From contig JASGJH010000001.1 of assembly GCA_047601445.1 (NCBI GenBank), positions 6,304,001 through 6,368,000 of the forward strand: a DNA stretch of 64,000 nucleotides. The letters are read 5' to 3'. Below the pieces are notes generated by a model. It was not told the DNA's origin. It did no database searches and was given only the letters and a program-made list of their open reading frames with translations. This stretch comes from Myxococcales bacterium (lineage in GTDB: Bacteria; Myxococcota_A; Polyangia; Polyangiales; DASUME01). The translations under genes and the position numbers were made by a program. This document shows, one piece after another, positions 19,344 through 29,722 of the stretch; the first letter of the stretch is position 1; each line of letters opens with the position of its first letter.

Positions 19344-20759
19344 ATGCGGAACAGCAAGTGGATTGCATGCTGCTTGGGGTCGGCGTTGACGCTCGTGGGA
19401 CTTCCCGCAGGCGCCGAACAAGGTGCGCCGAGTAACAAGGCCGCCGAGAAAGCCACCGAGCAGGACCTGGTCGAGCTGGCCGATGAGGCCTACGTCTATG
19501 CCCTGCCGCTGATGTTGCTCGACGCGACCACGCAGGCCGTCACCAATGTGGCGTCGCCCACCGGCCATCGCGCCCCATGGAACCAATTCGCACGCGTGGA
19601 CGTGCTGCCCGACGCCAAGTTCAGCGCGGTGGTGCTGCCCAACGTGGACACGCTCTACACCAGCGCCATGCTCGACCTGAGCCGCGAGCCCGTGGTGCTG
19701 CACGTGCCCGATACCCAGGGGCGCTACTACTTGATGCCGATGCTCGACGCCTACACGAACGTGTTCGCGGCCCCCGGCAAGCGCACCACGGGGACGGGCG
19801 AGCTGAAGGTCGCCATCGTGGGCCCGCACTTCAAGGGCAAGTTGCCCAAGGGACTCACCAAGATCGAGGCTCCCACCGATCGCGTGTGGCTGCTCGGTCG
19901 TACGCAGATCAACGGCAAAGAGGACTTGCCCAAGGTGATCGAGCTGACCAACAAGTACACGCTCACGCCGCTCTCGGCCTACGGTAAGGCCTACCTGCCG
20001 CCCAAGGGCAGGGTCGATCCGGAGGTCGACATGCAGACACCGCCGCCCAGGCAGATCGCCAATCTCGGCGACCAGGCCTACTTCGAGCGCGCGGCGCTCT
20101 TGCTCAAGCAATTCCCGCCGCCCGCGGCCGACAAGCCGCAGCTGGCGAGGTTTGCCAAGCTGGGCTTCGGGCCGGGCAAGTTCATGCCCTCGCCCGAGGC
20201 CGACAAGGCCATCCAGGGCACGGGTGCGCGCGCGACGAAGCTGCTCAAGGCGCACCTGGCGGAGATCGGCCAGCCCCGCAACGGCTGGCGCTTGACCACC
20301 GAGGCAGGCAGCTACGGCACGAACTACGAAGTGCGCGCGGCGGTCGCGTTGTGGGCGCTGGGCGCCAACTTGCCCGAGGACGCGCTGTACCCGGCGACCT
20401 CGCGGGATGCCGAAGGGCAACCGCTGAACGGTAACCACCGCTACGTGATCCACTTTCCGAAAGGACAGGAGCCGCCTGCCCATGCGTTCTGGTCGTTGAG
20501 CATGTACAACGGCGCGGGCTACTTCGTGGACAACCCCATCGGTCGCTACGCCATCGGCAGTCGCGACGCATTGCAGCGCAATCCGGACGGTTCATTGGAC
20601 CTCCTGCTGCAGAGCGATGCACCGCAGGGCGAGCTGCTCGCCAACTGGCTACCGACTCCGCAGGGACCGTTCCAGCTGCTGATGCGGATCTACTGGCCCG
20701 ACCAGAAGGTCATGGATGGCGCGTGGGAGCTACCGGCGGTGATTCGGCTGAAGCCTTGA
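19344..20759 (+). CDS. DUF1254/DUF1214 secreted protein
   Basis: Signal peptide; AYVYALPL, PNVDTLY, GRYYLMPMLDAYTNVF, GANLPEDALYP, AFWSLSMY, NWLPTP, LMRIYWP. Confidence 0.92.
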   Translation: MRNSKWIACCLGSALTLVGLPAGAEQGAPSNKAAEKATEQDLVELADEAYVYALPLMLLDATTQAVTNVASPTGHRAPWNQFARVDVLPDAKFSAVVLPNVDTLYTSAMLDLSREPVVLHVPDTQGRYYLMPMLDAYTNVFAAPGKRTTGTGELKVAIVGPHFKGKLPKGLTKIEAPTDRVWLLGRTQINGKEDLPKVIELTNKYTLTPLSAYGKAYLPPKGRVDPEVDMQTPPPRQIANLGDQAYFERAALLLKQFPPPAADKPQLARFAKLGFGPGKFMPSPEADKAIQGTGARATKLLKAHLAEIGQPRNGWRLTTEAGSYGTNYEVRAAVALWALGANLPEDALYPATSRDAEGQPLNGNHRYVIHFPKGQEPPAHAFWSLSMYNGAGYFVDNPIGRYAIGSRDALQRNPDGSLDLLLQSDAPQGELLANWLPTPQGPFQLLMRIYWPDQKVMDGAWELPAVIRLKP

Positions 20760-20763
20760 GCCC

Positions 20764-21327
20764 TCAGGCCCGTCCGCGACTCGTCCCGCGGGTGATGCCT
20801 CCGGCGATCAAGTGCGCGAGGCGCAGCGCCTCGGGGATCTTGCCGTGCAGGGTGGTCGCCTCCAGCATTCGCTCCGCTGCGTCGCGGGTGACCCCGGCGT
20901 GCTGCACCCACAACCCGCGTAGCGGCGCGGGCGTTCCGGCGCGCTGCATGCAGCGCCACTTGTCCTCGGGGTCGATCCCGATCGCGTCCAGGGCGGCTCG
21001 GATGGACGCGAAGTTCGGCATGCGACGCGCCACCACGACCACGGGCAGGCCGAGGCGCTCGGACAGCGCCCGAATGTCGACAACATTGAAGCCTGCGAGC
21101 GCAATGCCCTGCAGAAGCACCGCTCGCGCGTAGCCGACGAACTGGGAACGCTCGATCGCCTCCGCAAGCCGAACGGTGGCATCGTCTCCATTGCGGGCAA
21201 CCCAAGTGCAGACCACGCCATCGAGCCGCGTGCGCGCGCAAACCACGCCCACGACCCGCACGTCTTCGCGCGAAGCGCGCTCGAAGGGCGCATCGTCGAA
21301 GCCTATGATGTTGGTGATCGCCTTCAT
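20764..21327 (-). CDS. DUF99 family protein (endonuclease dU-like)
   Basis: IIGFDDAPF, LQGIALAGFNVVD, GKIPEALRLAHLIAGG. Confidence 0.85.
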   Translation of the reverse strand: MKAITNIIGFDDAPFERASREDVRVVGVVCARTRLDGVVCTWVARNGDDATVRLAEAIERSQFVGYARAVLLQGIALAGFNVVDIRALSERLGLPVVVVARRMPNFASIRAALDAIGIDPEDKWRCMQRAGTPAPLRGLWVQHAGVTRDAAERMLEATTLHGKIPEALRLAHLIAGGITRGTSRGRA

Positions 21328-21436
21328 ATCAGCTCGATACCACGGGGTCCGTGGGTGAGGAATTCGAGGCCGCTCTCGCGCATCCGGGTCGTAGTCTCCT
21401 TGGTAGGTGCGCGCCCCGCGCGTTAGCATTCGCGCG

Positions 21437-22636
21437 ATGCTCGACGCTCCGTCACCAGCAGCTGCCGCCCACAGCGGCCCCACGCAGTCCGCACGCAAGG
21501 AGCGCATCGTGGCGCTCGATGTGGTGCGTGGCGCGGCCATCTTCGGCATCTTGATGGTGAATGCCTGGGCCCTCGGCAGCCCGTATCCCTGGTACGGGCG
21601 CGAACCCTGGACCGACGGCGTGAGCCGCTCCATCTACGCGAGCCTCGACTTCGTCTTCGTGAGCAAGTTCTTCCCCCTGTTCTCGCTGTTGTTCGGGATG
21701 GGTTTGAGCCTGCAAATCGCGGCCTTCGAGGCGCGCGGTGAGTCCCCGCGCCGGTTCGTGTTGCGACGCCTCGGCGTGCTGTTCCTGTTTGGTCTGGTCC
21801 ACCTGGCGTTGCTCTCGCCGTTCGACATCCTGGTACCCTACGCGCTGCTCGGTTGTCTGACGCTGGCGCTGCGTAAGCTGCCACCGCGACGCTTGCTCAC
21901 GGTGGCTGGGCTCTGTCTATGCGTGCCGCCCGTGCTGTCGCTGCTCCACGCGGGTGGGAACTTGCTCGGCAGCCAGCCCCATACACCCCACGATCCTCCC
22001 GCGGCGGCGTTCCTCGAGACCTATCAACATGGCTCGCTGGCGGCGATCTACACACTGCGCTTTGCCGAGATCGCGGAGTATTACTTCTGGAGCGCGGCCT
22101 ACGCCTTCTGGATCGTGGCAGCCATGATGACGCTAGGCATGTATGCCGTACGCAGCGGCCTGCTGGAGGCCCTGTTGCACGATCGCATGCGCCTCGGCAG
22201 CTTCGCGCGACGTGCCCTCGGATTCGGCGCGCCGATAGCGCTGGTCCACACGCTGTTCTGGCGCTCGATGCATGGCATGGACCCGCAGCCCGGTTATGGC
22301 TGGCCGGTGCTGAGCGCACTGGGGGTGTTGGGAGAACCGTGGATGGCCATCGGGTACGCCTGTGGCCTCGCCTGGTGGACGCCCGCGATGCCAGGCTGGT
22401 TGAGCCGCAAACTGGCTGCCGTGGGCAAGCTCGCGCTCTCCAACTACGTGCTCCAGTCCCTGGTGATGTTCGTGGTGTTCATGGCACCCGGCTTCGGCAG
22501 CTACGGGAAGCACTCGCCGGCCTGGACGGTCGGGTTCTGCGTGGTGCTCTACGCGTGCCAGTGCGTGTTGAGCGAGCGCTGGTTGCGCCGCCACGAGCTC
22601 GGTCCGCTCGAGAGGCTTTGGCGTCGCTTTACGTAA
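21437..22636 (+). CDS. DUF418 (YeiB-like) membrane protein
   Basis: ERIVALDVVRGAAIFGILMVN, KFFPLFSLLFG, DILVPYA, GKLALSNYVLQS, GPLERLWR. Confidence 0.92.
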   Translation: MLDAPSPAAAAHSGPTQSARKERIVALDVVRGAAIFGILMVNAWALGSPYPWYGREPWTDGVSRSIYASLDFVFVSKFFPLFSLLFGMGLSLQIAAFEARGESPRRFVLRRLGVLFLFGLVHLALLSPFDILVPYALLGCLTLALRKLPPRRLLTVAGLCLCVPPVLSLLHAGGNLLGSQPHTPHDPPAAAFLETYQHGSLAAIYTLRFAEIAEYYFWSAAYAFWIVAAMMTLGMYAVRSGLLEALLHDRMRLGSFARRALGFGAPIALVHTLFWRSMHGMDPQPGYGWPVLSALGVLGEPWMAIGYACGLAWWTPAMPGWLSRKLAAVGKLALSNYVLQSLVMFVVFMAPGFGSYGKHSPAWTVGFCVVLYACQCVLSERWLRRHELGPLERLWRRFT

Positions 22637-22644
22637 ATTGAGAG

Positions 22645-22710
22645 CGGCCATCTGCCATCTGCCATTGGCCATCGGCCATCAGCGAGCGGCCATCGTATCC
22701 GCCATCTACC
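22645..22710 (+). repeat. GCCATCN heptamer array (left flank of IS256 remnant)
   Basis: About 8 units read directly. Confidence 0.85.
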
Positions 22711-22727
22711 AAACAGCCATGCGCAGT

Positions 22728-23128
22728 GAGGGTGGCAGGAATTCCGTGTAACTTGGCATTCAGGCGGGTAGACGTCCTTCGAAGACGATGTCGAGATGCG
22801 CTACTGCGGAACTCCATTCTTTGGGTGCTTTCCAGCGGCCCTCAGCGTTCTGGATGACCAGGAAGAACAGCTTGAAGGCAGCGTCGTCGTTTTGGGAAGG
22901 GCCTACGGTCACGGGTCACCTTGCGCAGCTGTGAGTCGAGCGATTCGATGCAGTTGGTTGTAGAGAGCACACGACGAATGGGCACAGGATGGGCCAGGAA
23001 CGGTACAAAGAGAGCCCAGCGCTGCTTCCAGGTCCGAATGGCGGCCGGATACTTGGCTCTCCGGGTTGCCTCGAGCTCAACCAAGGTCTCTGCCGCGGCG
23101 GCCTCGTTCTCGGCCGTGTAGAGGGGCT
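22728..23128 (-). mobile_element. IS256-family remnant: truncated, frameshifted transposase C-terminus plus one terminal inverted repeat
   Basis: EPLYTAENEAAA..KYP..W..F..HPVPIRRVLSTTNCIESL.SQLRKVT.....FP / NDDAAFKLFFL..W...FEGRLPA* (stop 22760-22762, frameshift ~22890); end sequence GAGGGTGGCAGGAATTCCGTGTAA resembles IS256 termini. Confidence 0.85.
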
Positions 23129-23139
23129 CCCGTTCGCCG

Positions 23140-23355
23140 ACAGCCGACAGCAGCTGTTAGCCGACGCCGATGGCGGATGGCAGATGGCAGATGACGCATA
23201 GCGGATGGCCGCTGGCGGATGGCAGATGGCAGATGGCCGCTGGCGGATGGCCGATGGCCGATGGCAGATGGCCGATGGCCGATGGCCGATGGCCGATGGC
23301 GGATGGCGGATGGCAGATGGCAGATGGCAGATGGCAGATGGCCGACGCCAGATGT
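23140..23355 (-). repeat. Long GATGGCN heptamer array (right flank of IS256 remnant), ending at the cobQ start
   Basis: More than 25 7-nt units with a variable 7th base. Confidence 0.95.
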
Positions 23356-23369
23356 AATTGGTGGCCCAA

Positions 23370-24917
23370 ATGCAGTCAGCGCGCACGTTGATGGTCCAGG
23401 GCACGGCTTCGTCGGTGGGCAAGAGCCTGCTGGTGACGGCTCTTTGTCGATATTTCAAACGCCAGGGACTGTCGGTTGCACCCTTCAAATCGCTCAACAT
23501 GGCGCTCAACGCACACGTCACACGCGAGGGGCTCGAGATGGCACGCGCGCAGGCCGTGCAGGCCGAGGCGTGCGGCCTTGCGCCGAGCGTGGAGATGAAC
23601 CCGGTGCTGCTCAAGCCCGAGGGCGACCGCAAGAGTCAGGTGATCTTGCTGGGCAAGGCGCAGGGATCGCGCAGTGCGCGCGAGCTGTTCCAGACCGGGC
23701 TAGAGCAAGGCGCCGATCCCCGGGCGGGCGCTCGTGAGGTGGTGCTCTCCTCGCTGGCCACGCTGCGGGCGCGTCACGATCTGGTGATCATCGAAGGCGC
23801 GGGGAGCCCGGCTGAGATCAACCTGCGCGCGCGCGACATCGCTAACATGTTCGTGGCGCGCTCGGTGCAAGCCCCCGTGTTGTTGGCAGGTGACATCGAT
23901 CGCGGCGGCGTGTTCGCGGCTTTCGTGGGCACGTTGAGCTTGCTGGAGCCCGAGGACCGCCGGCTGGTGAAGGGCTTCTTGGTGAACAAGTTCCGAGGCG
24001 ACGTGAGCCTCTTGCAGCCTGGACTCGAGTGGCTCACCGAGCACACTCAGATCCCCGTGGCGGGCGTGCTGCCGCACCTCGGCCGGCTGCAGATCGCCGA
24101 GGAGGACTCGCTCAATGTGGACGCCCGTGCCAGCGCCCGGGCCGTGCAACAGCGCCTGAGTGTGTGCGTGCTGCGCCTGCCTCGCATCTCCAATCACGAC
24201 GAGTTCCAGCCCCTCGAGCACGAACCAGGTGTGAGCTTGTCGTTCGTCGAGGCCCCGGAGCAGGCGCTCGCCGCGGACCTTCTGATCGTGCCGGGCACCA
24301 AGAGCACCGTGGCCGATCTCGCCTGGCTGCGCGCGCAGGGGCTCGATCACATCATCCGGCTGCGCGCCCAGCGCGGCCGGCCCGTGCTCGGCATCTGTGG
24401 CGGTTGTCAGATGTTGGGGGAACGTATCGCCGACCCGCACGCCGTGGAGTCTGCGAGCGCGTTCGCGCAGGGCCTGGGCCTACTCCCCTTGTCCACGGAG
24501 TTCCGGCCCGAGAAGCGCACCCTGCAAGTGTGGGCTCGCAAGACCGAGCGATCGAACTGGCTCACCGAGCGCTTACCCGCGGACGTGGAGATCCCGGGCT
24601 ACTACATTCACGCCGGCATCACCGAGGGAGCCGCGCGCATCTGGAGCACGCGCGTGGAGACACGGGATCCACACGCGGGTCAGGACAACCGTCTGGACGG
24701 CTCGGTGAGCGAGAACGGCGCCGTGGTCGGTACCATGGTCCACGGGCTGCTCGAACACGACGGTTTACGTCACGCTTTGCTGGACACGCTGCGCATGCGG
24801 CGCGGCCTGGCCGCGGAGGCCGGTGTCTCCTGGAATCGCGAGGCCGAATACGACCGCCTGGCGGACGCCATCGCCGAGCACTGCGATACCAAGTTGCTCC
24901 GCGAATTGACCATGTAA
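23370..24917 (+). CDS. cobQ: Cobyric acid synthase
   Basis: LMVQGTASSVGKSLLV, VAPFKS.NMALN, MNPVLLKP, EGAGSPAEINL, DIDRGGVFA, GICGGCQMLG, GTMVHG. Confidence 0.95.
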   Translation: MQSARTLMVQGTASSVGKSLLVTALCRYFKRQGLSVAPFKSLNMALNAHVTREGLEMARAQAVQAEACGLAPSVEMNPVLLKPEGDRKSQVILLGKAQGSRSARELFQTGLEQGADPRAGAREVVLSSLATLRARHDLVIIEGAGSPAEINLRARDIANMFVARSVQAPVLLAGDIDRGGVFAAFVGTLSLLEPEDRRLVKGFLVNKFRGDVSLLQPGLEWLTEHTQIPVAGVLPHLGRLQIAEEDSLNVDARASARAVQQRLSVCVLRLPRISNHDEFQPLEHEPGVSLSFVEAPEQALAADLLIVPGTKSTVADLAWLRAQGLDHIIRLRAQRGRPVLGICGGCQMLGERIADPHAVESASAFAQGLGLLPLSTEFRPEKRTLQVWARKTERSNWLTERLPADVEIPGYYIHAGITEGAARIWSTRVETRDPHAGQDNRLDGSVSENGAVVGTMVHGLLEHDGLRHALLDTLRMRRGLAAEAGVSWNREAEYDRLADAIAEHCDTKLLRELTM

Positions 24918-25037
24918 GCCGAATTTCTTCCCGCGCACGGCGGGACCCCTGGTCCGATCGGTCACCCGGTGCGATCCTTTTAGTCAATTGCGTGGCTCAC
25001 CTTCCAAGGGGCCAACGCAAGGCAGGAGCGCGGGACA

Positions 25038-26504
25038 GTGAGCGAAGGACACCAAAACGAACTGGATGTGGTCGTCGTGGGAGCCGGCCTGTCGGGCATC
25101 GGCGCGGGCTACCACCTGCAGACCCACTGCCCCGGTAAGCGCTACGCCATCTTCGAGGCGCGCGAGAGTTTGGGCGGGACCTGGGACCTGTTTCGCTATC
25201 CCGGCATCCGCTCCGACTCGGACATGTACACGCTCGGCTATTCGTTCCGTCCGTGGACCCACCCCAAGGCCATCGCGGATGGGAAGTCCATCCTCGACTA
25301 CCTGCGCGACACGGCTGCGACCTACGGCATCGATCGCAAGATCCAGTACGGTCAACGCGTGGAGCGCGCGAGCTGGTCGAGCCGCGAGCAGCGTTGGACC
25401 GTGCAGGTGCGAGACCTGGCTTCCGACAGCGTACGCGAGGTGCGCTGTGCGTTCCTATTGATGTGCGCCGGCTACTACGATTACGACCAGGGCTATTTGC
25501 CTGAGTTCCCGGGCAAAGAGCGTTTTCAGGGCCGCATCGTGCACCCGCAGCACTGGCCCCAGGACCTCGACTATAGCGGCAAGCGCGTCGTCGTGATCGG
25601 TAGCGGCGCCACCGCGGTGACCTTGGTGCCCGAGCTGGCCAAGCGCGCGGCCCACGTGACCATGCTGCAGCGCTCGCCCACTTATATCCTCTCGCGGCCT
25701 GACAGCGACCCCGTGGCGAACTGGCTGCGCGAGCGCATCTCGAGCGAGTCGGCCTACGCGTTGACGCGTTGGAAAAACGTGATCCTGACGATGGGCTTCT
25801 ATCAGTGGTGCAAGCGCTTTCCCGAGCAGTCCAAGCGCGTGCTGGTCGAGCTGGTGCGGCATCAGCTGCGCGGTAAGGTCGATGCGGACCCCCACTTCAC
25901 GCCCCACTACAACCCGTGGGATCAACGTCTGTGCCTGGTGCCCAACGGCGATCTCTTCAAGTCCCTGCGCAAGGGCCAGAGCTCGGTGGTCACCGACCAC
26001 ATCGAGACCTTCACGGAAACGGGCGTGCTCCTCAAGTCGGGTCGGGAGCTCGAGGCCGACGTGATCGTCACTGCCACCGGGTTGCGCGTGAAATTCCTCG
26101 GCGGCATGAAGGTCGACCTCGACGGCCAGCCCGTGGATCTGTCGAAGAGCATGACCTATCGCGGCATGATGTGTAGCGACGTGCCCAACCTGGCCTTCGC
26201 CATCGGTTACACGAATGCTTCCTGGACCCTCAAGTGCGATCTGACCTTCGAGTACTTCTGCCGCTTGCTCAATCACATGGAGAAGCGCGGCTACACTCAG
26301 TTCGTTCCGCGTAACACGGGCGATGTGGAAGAGGAATCCTTGATGAGCCTCAGCGCGGGCTATCTGCAACGCGCCCAGCACCTGCTGCCGCGACAGGGCA
26401 AGATTCACCCCTGGAAGCTCTACCAGAACTACGCGCTCGACCGGCTCACCCTGCGGCACAGCAAAATCGAAGACGGCGCGCTGCAGTTCCTCCGCGCCAG
26501 CTGA
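25038..26504 (+). CDS. Baeyer-Villiger/flavin monooxygenase (EthA/AlmA-like)
   Basis: VGAGLSGIG, GGTWDLFRYPGIRSDSD, FQGRIVHPQHWP BVMO motif, IGSGATA. Confidence 0.93.
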   Translation: MSEGHQNELDVVVVGAGLSGIGAGYHLQTHCPGKRYAIFEARESLGGTWDLFRYPGIRSDSDMYTLGYSFRPWTHPKAIADGKSILDYLRDTAATYGIDRKIQYGQRVERASWSSREQRWTVQVRDLASDSVREVRCAFLLMCAGYYDYDQGYLPEFPGKERFQGRIVHPQHWPQDLDYSGKRVVVIGSGATAVTLVPELAKRAAHVTMLQRSPTYILSRPDSDPVANWLRERISSESAYALTRWKNVILTMGFYQWCKRFPEQSKRVLVELVRHQLRGKVDADPHFTPHYNPWDQRLCLVPNGDLFKSLRKGQSSVVTDHIETFTETGVLLKSGRELEADVIVTATGLRVKFLGGMKVDLDGQPVDLSKSMTYRGMMCSDVPNLAFAIGYTNASWTLKCDLTFEYFCRLLNHMEKRGYTQFVPRNTGDVEEESLMSLSAGYLQRAQHLLPRQGKIHPWKLYQNYALDRLTLRHSKIEDGALQFLRAS

Positions 26505-26567
26505 CCACCCCGACCAGTGAACTATTTACTATGGCGGATCGCTCGACCCATCGCCTAAAGATGGGAC

Positions 26568-27530
26568 ATGAAGCGGCACGTCCTGATCTTGATTCACGGC
26601 ATTACCACCGACGAGCAGCCCAAGGTTCGCGAGCAGTACACGAAGTTCCTGGTGGCTGTGTCCGAGGCGAAGCTGCCCCTCAGTGGCAGACCTTGCGAGG
26701 TGCAATGGGGAGTGCCGGTCACGGATCGCGCTGCGCGGCCGGATCAGTTCCTTTCGGGCGCTGAGGCGGCAGTCGCGCGGCGTCTGGCAGAGAAGCGGCC
26801 GGCCGGGGAGCAGGATCGCATGCCCGGCTCGTCGGGGCATGACTGGGGCGTTTGGCCCGTACGAGGCGGAGTCGAGAAACTGCGGCGCAGCGTGGTGCAG
26901 TTTGGACTGTCCGACGCCATCTACTACGCCTCGGCAGACGGCGAGCAGGCTGTGCGCAACACGGTATTCGAGCAGGTCTTTCGCGAGCTCGAACCACACC
27001 TCGGCGATGGCACCGTGGTGCTCCACATCGTAGCCCACAGCTTGGGCGTCAGTGTGGCCCACGACTTTCTCTACGCGTTGTTCGGTCGCAAGTTCGACCC
27101 GGATTATCCAAAGGAAAGCGAGCCCGAACTCAAGCCCCTGCACGACGAGAATCGACAGCGCCGTGATCGCTGGCGCGACCAGGCCGAGCAGGGGCAGCTC
27201 AAGCTGGGGACTTTCATCAGCTTCGCCTCGCAGCTGCCGCTATTCGTGATGCGCAAGCAGAAGCTGGTGGAGCGCATCGCCGCGGGAGAGCGGCTCGATC
27301 CACGCGTTATCGGCATCGAGATGGAGCGCCGCGATGTACAGTGGGCCATCCTATTCGACGGCGACGACCCGCTCGGCTTTCGCACGCGCGCGCTGTACAA
27401 GGAAACGCCCGCCATCTGCGACATCCAGGTGAGCAGCGGCCTGGGACCGGCCAGCGCTCACCTGGGTTACTGGAAGCAGGAGGACATCGTGAAGCGCTGC
27501 GTCGCCCTGTTGCGGGTCAACATGGACTAG
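26568..27530 (+). CDS. Alpha/beta-hydrolase-fold protein (AHSLG nucleophile motif)
   Basis: LILIHGI, HIVAHSLG, FDGDDPLG, SAHLGYW give a plausible Ser-Asp-His arrangement. Confidence 0.7.
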   Translation: MKRHVLILIHGITTDEQPKVREQYTKFLVAVSEAKLPLSGRPCEVQWGVPVTDRAARPDQFLSGAEAAVARRLAEKRPAGEQDRMPGSSGHDWGVWPVRGGVEKLRRSVVQFGLSDAIYYASADGEQAVRNTVFEQVFRELEPHLGDGTVVLHIVAHSLGVSVAHDFLYALFGRKFDPDYPKESEPELKPLHDENRQRRDRWRDQAEQGQLKLGTFISFASQLPLFVMRKQKLVERIAAGERLDPRVIGIEMERRDVQWAILFDGDDPLGFRTRALYKETPAICDIQVSSGLGPASAHLGYWKQEDIVKRCVALLRVNMD

Positions 27531-27581
27531 GGAGGCGCTGGAGGGGAGTCGGCGCGCTGGCCCAGGCGAGTGCTCCGAGCT

Positions 27582-28673
<1,092 letters not shown>

Positions 28674-29031
28674 GTTTAGAAGCTCCAAGCAGTGAGGTTG
28701 GCGGACGCTCTCACGCACCGAAAAAGGGCGCAAGAGGGGGGTCCTTTCGCGGGGTTACGTCCGCTGCACCTACGGCCATGCACGTCGAAAAATCACCGTG
28801 GAGGTGAAATTTCGGAGCATTTCGAAGAGCTCTCCGGGGCGCGCGAAAAAAGCGGCGAAAGATGAGTCAATTGGGGGCCTTGGCGGAATGACTCGAGAGA
28901 CCAGAAAAGCGTCAGCGCAGGCTTCACGCGACACTTGGGGACAGTCCGTCGACTCCTTGGGTCAGCGCCCAGCAGGGGGCCCGAATCAGGCAGAAGAGCG
29001 TGATTTGCCTAGCAAACGCTCGTCGATTTGC

Positions 29032-29152
29032 GGGGAGGTCACGCGACCTCCCCGCCCGTCGCGGCGAAGCCGCGCCTGGACCCATCCGACCGCGAGGTTC
29101 GCTTCGATCACGAGTGGGTCCGCGAGTGCACGAAGGCAGTCACGCGACCTCC
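29032..29152 (+). repeat. REP/BIME-like mosaic element, copy 1
   Basis: GGGGAGGTCACGCGACCTCCCC hairpin, GCGGCGAAGCCGC hairpin, CGCGAGGTTCGC core, partial second hairpin. Confidence 0.8.
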
Positions 29153-29165
29153 TTGGGGGCTAGCG

Positions 29166-29720
29166 CTACTCGCGGGGCGGGAACTTTTGCAGCATGCGTT
29201 GCAGGCTGCGGCGGTGGAGCTTGAGCTTGCGCGCCGCTTCGGAGACGTTGCCTCCGCAGTCGGCCAGCACACGGCTGAGGTGCTCCCACTTCACGCGCTC
29301 GAGCGAGGGCGGGTCGAGGTCGTCCGGGAGGGCGCCGAGCGGTGGTGCCTCCGCGCGTTGGAAGGCCGCCAGGATGTCGTCGGCGTCGGCGGGCTTCTGC
29401 AGGTAGTACACGGCGCCGAGGCGCATGGCGTCGATGGTAGTCGCGATGCTCCCGTAGCCCGTGAGCACCACGATCTTGGTCTCCGGGTCACTCTCCTTGA
29501 GCGCTCGAATCAACTCGAGACCCGACGGGCCGGGCATGCGCAGATCCACCACCGCGAACTCTGGCGAAGCCTGCTGAGCCACGGCCAGGGCGTCGTCGTA
29601 GTTGCCTGCCGTGCGCACCAGGAAGCCACGCTTCTCCAGCGCACGCGCCAGACGTTCGCGCAGCGGAGCATCGTCATCAACCACCAGAATGAGCGGGGTG
29701 GTGCCGTCGTCGACGCCCAT
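29166..29720 (-). CDS. RegA/PrrA-like response regulator
   Basis: LVVDDD..LRERLARAL, VVDLRM, VVLTGYGSIAT, SLERVKWEHL.RVL..CGGNVSEAARKL..HRRSLQR. Confidence 0.93.
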   Translation of the reverse strand: MGVDDGTTPLILVVDDDAPLRERLARALEKRGFLVRTAGNYDDALAVAQQASPEFAVVDLRMPGPSGLELIRALKESDPETKIVVLTGYGSIATTIDAMRLGAVYYLQKPADADDILAAFQRAEAPPLGALPDDLDPPSLERVKWEHLSRVLADCGGNVSEAARKLKLHRRSLQRMLQKFPPRE

Positions 29721-29722
29721 GA

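Noticed and set aside
23140..23370. Cobalamin riboswitch upstream of cobQ
   Set aside because: The region is entirely heptamer repeat and IS remnant; no B12-box motif is visible
22916..23737. ORFs reading MADGRWQ.../PSAICH... (also 6718-7600)
   Set aside because: Translations of the heptamer arrays, which are stop-free; no RBS or domain evidence
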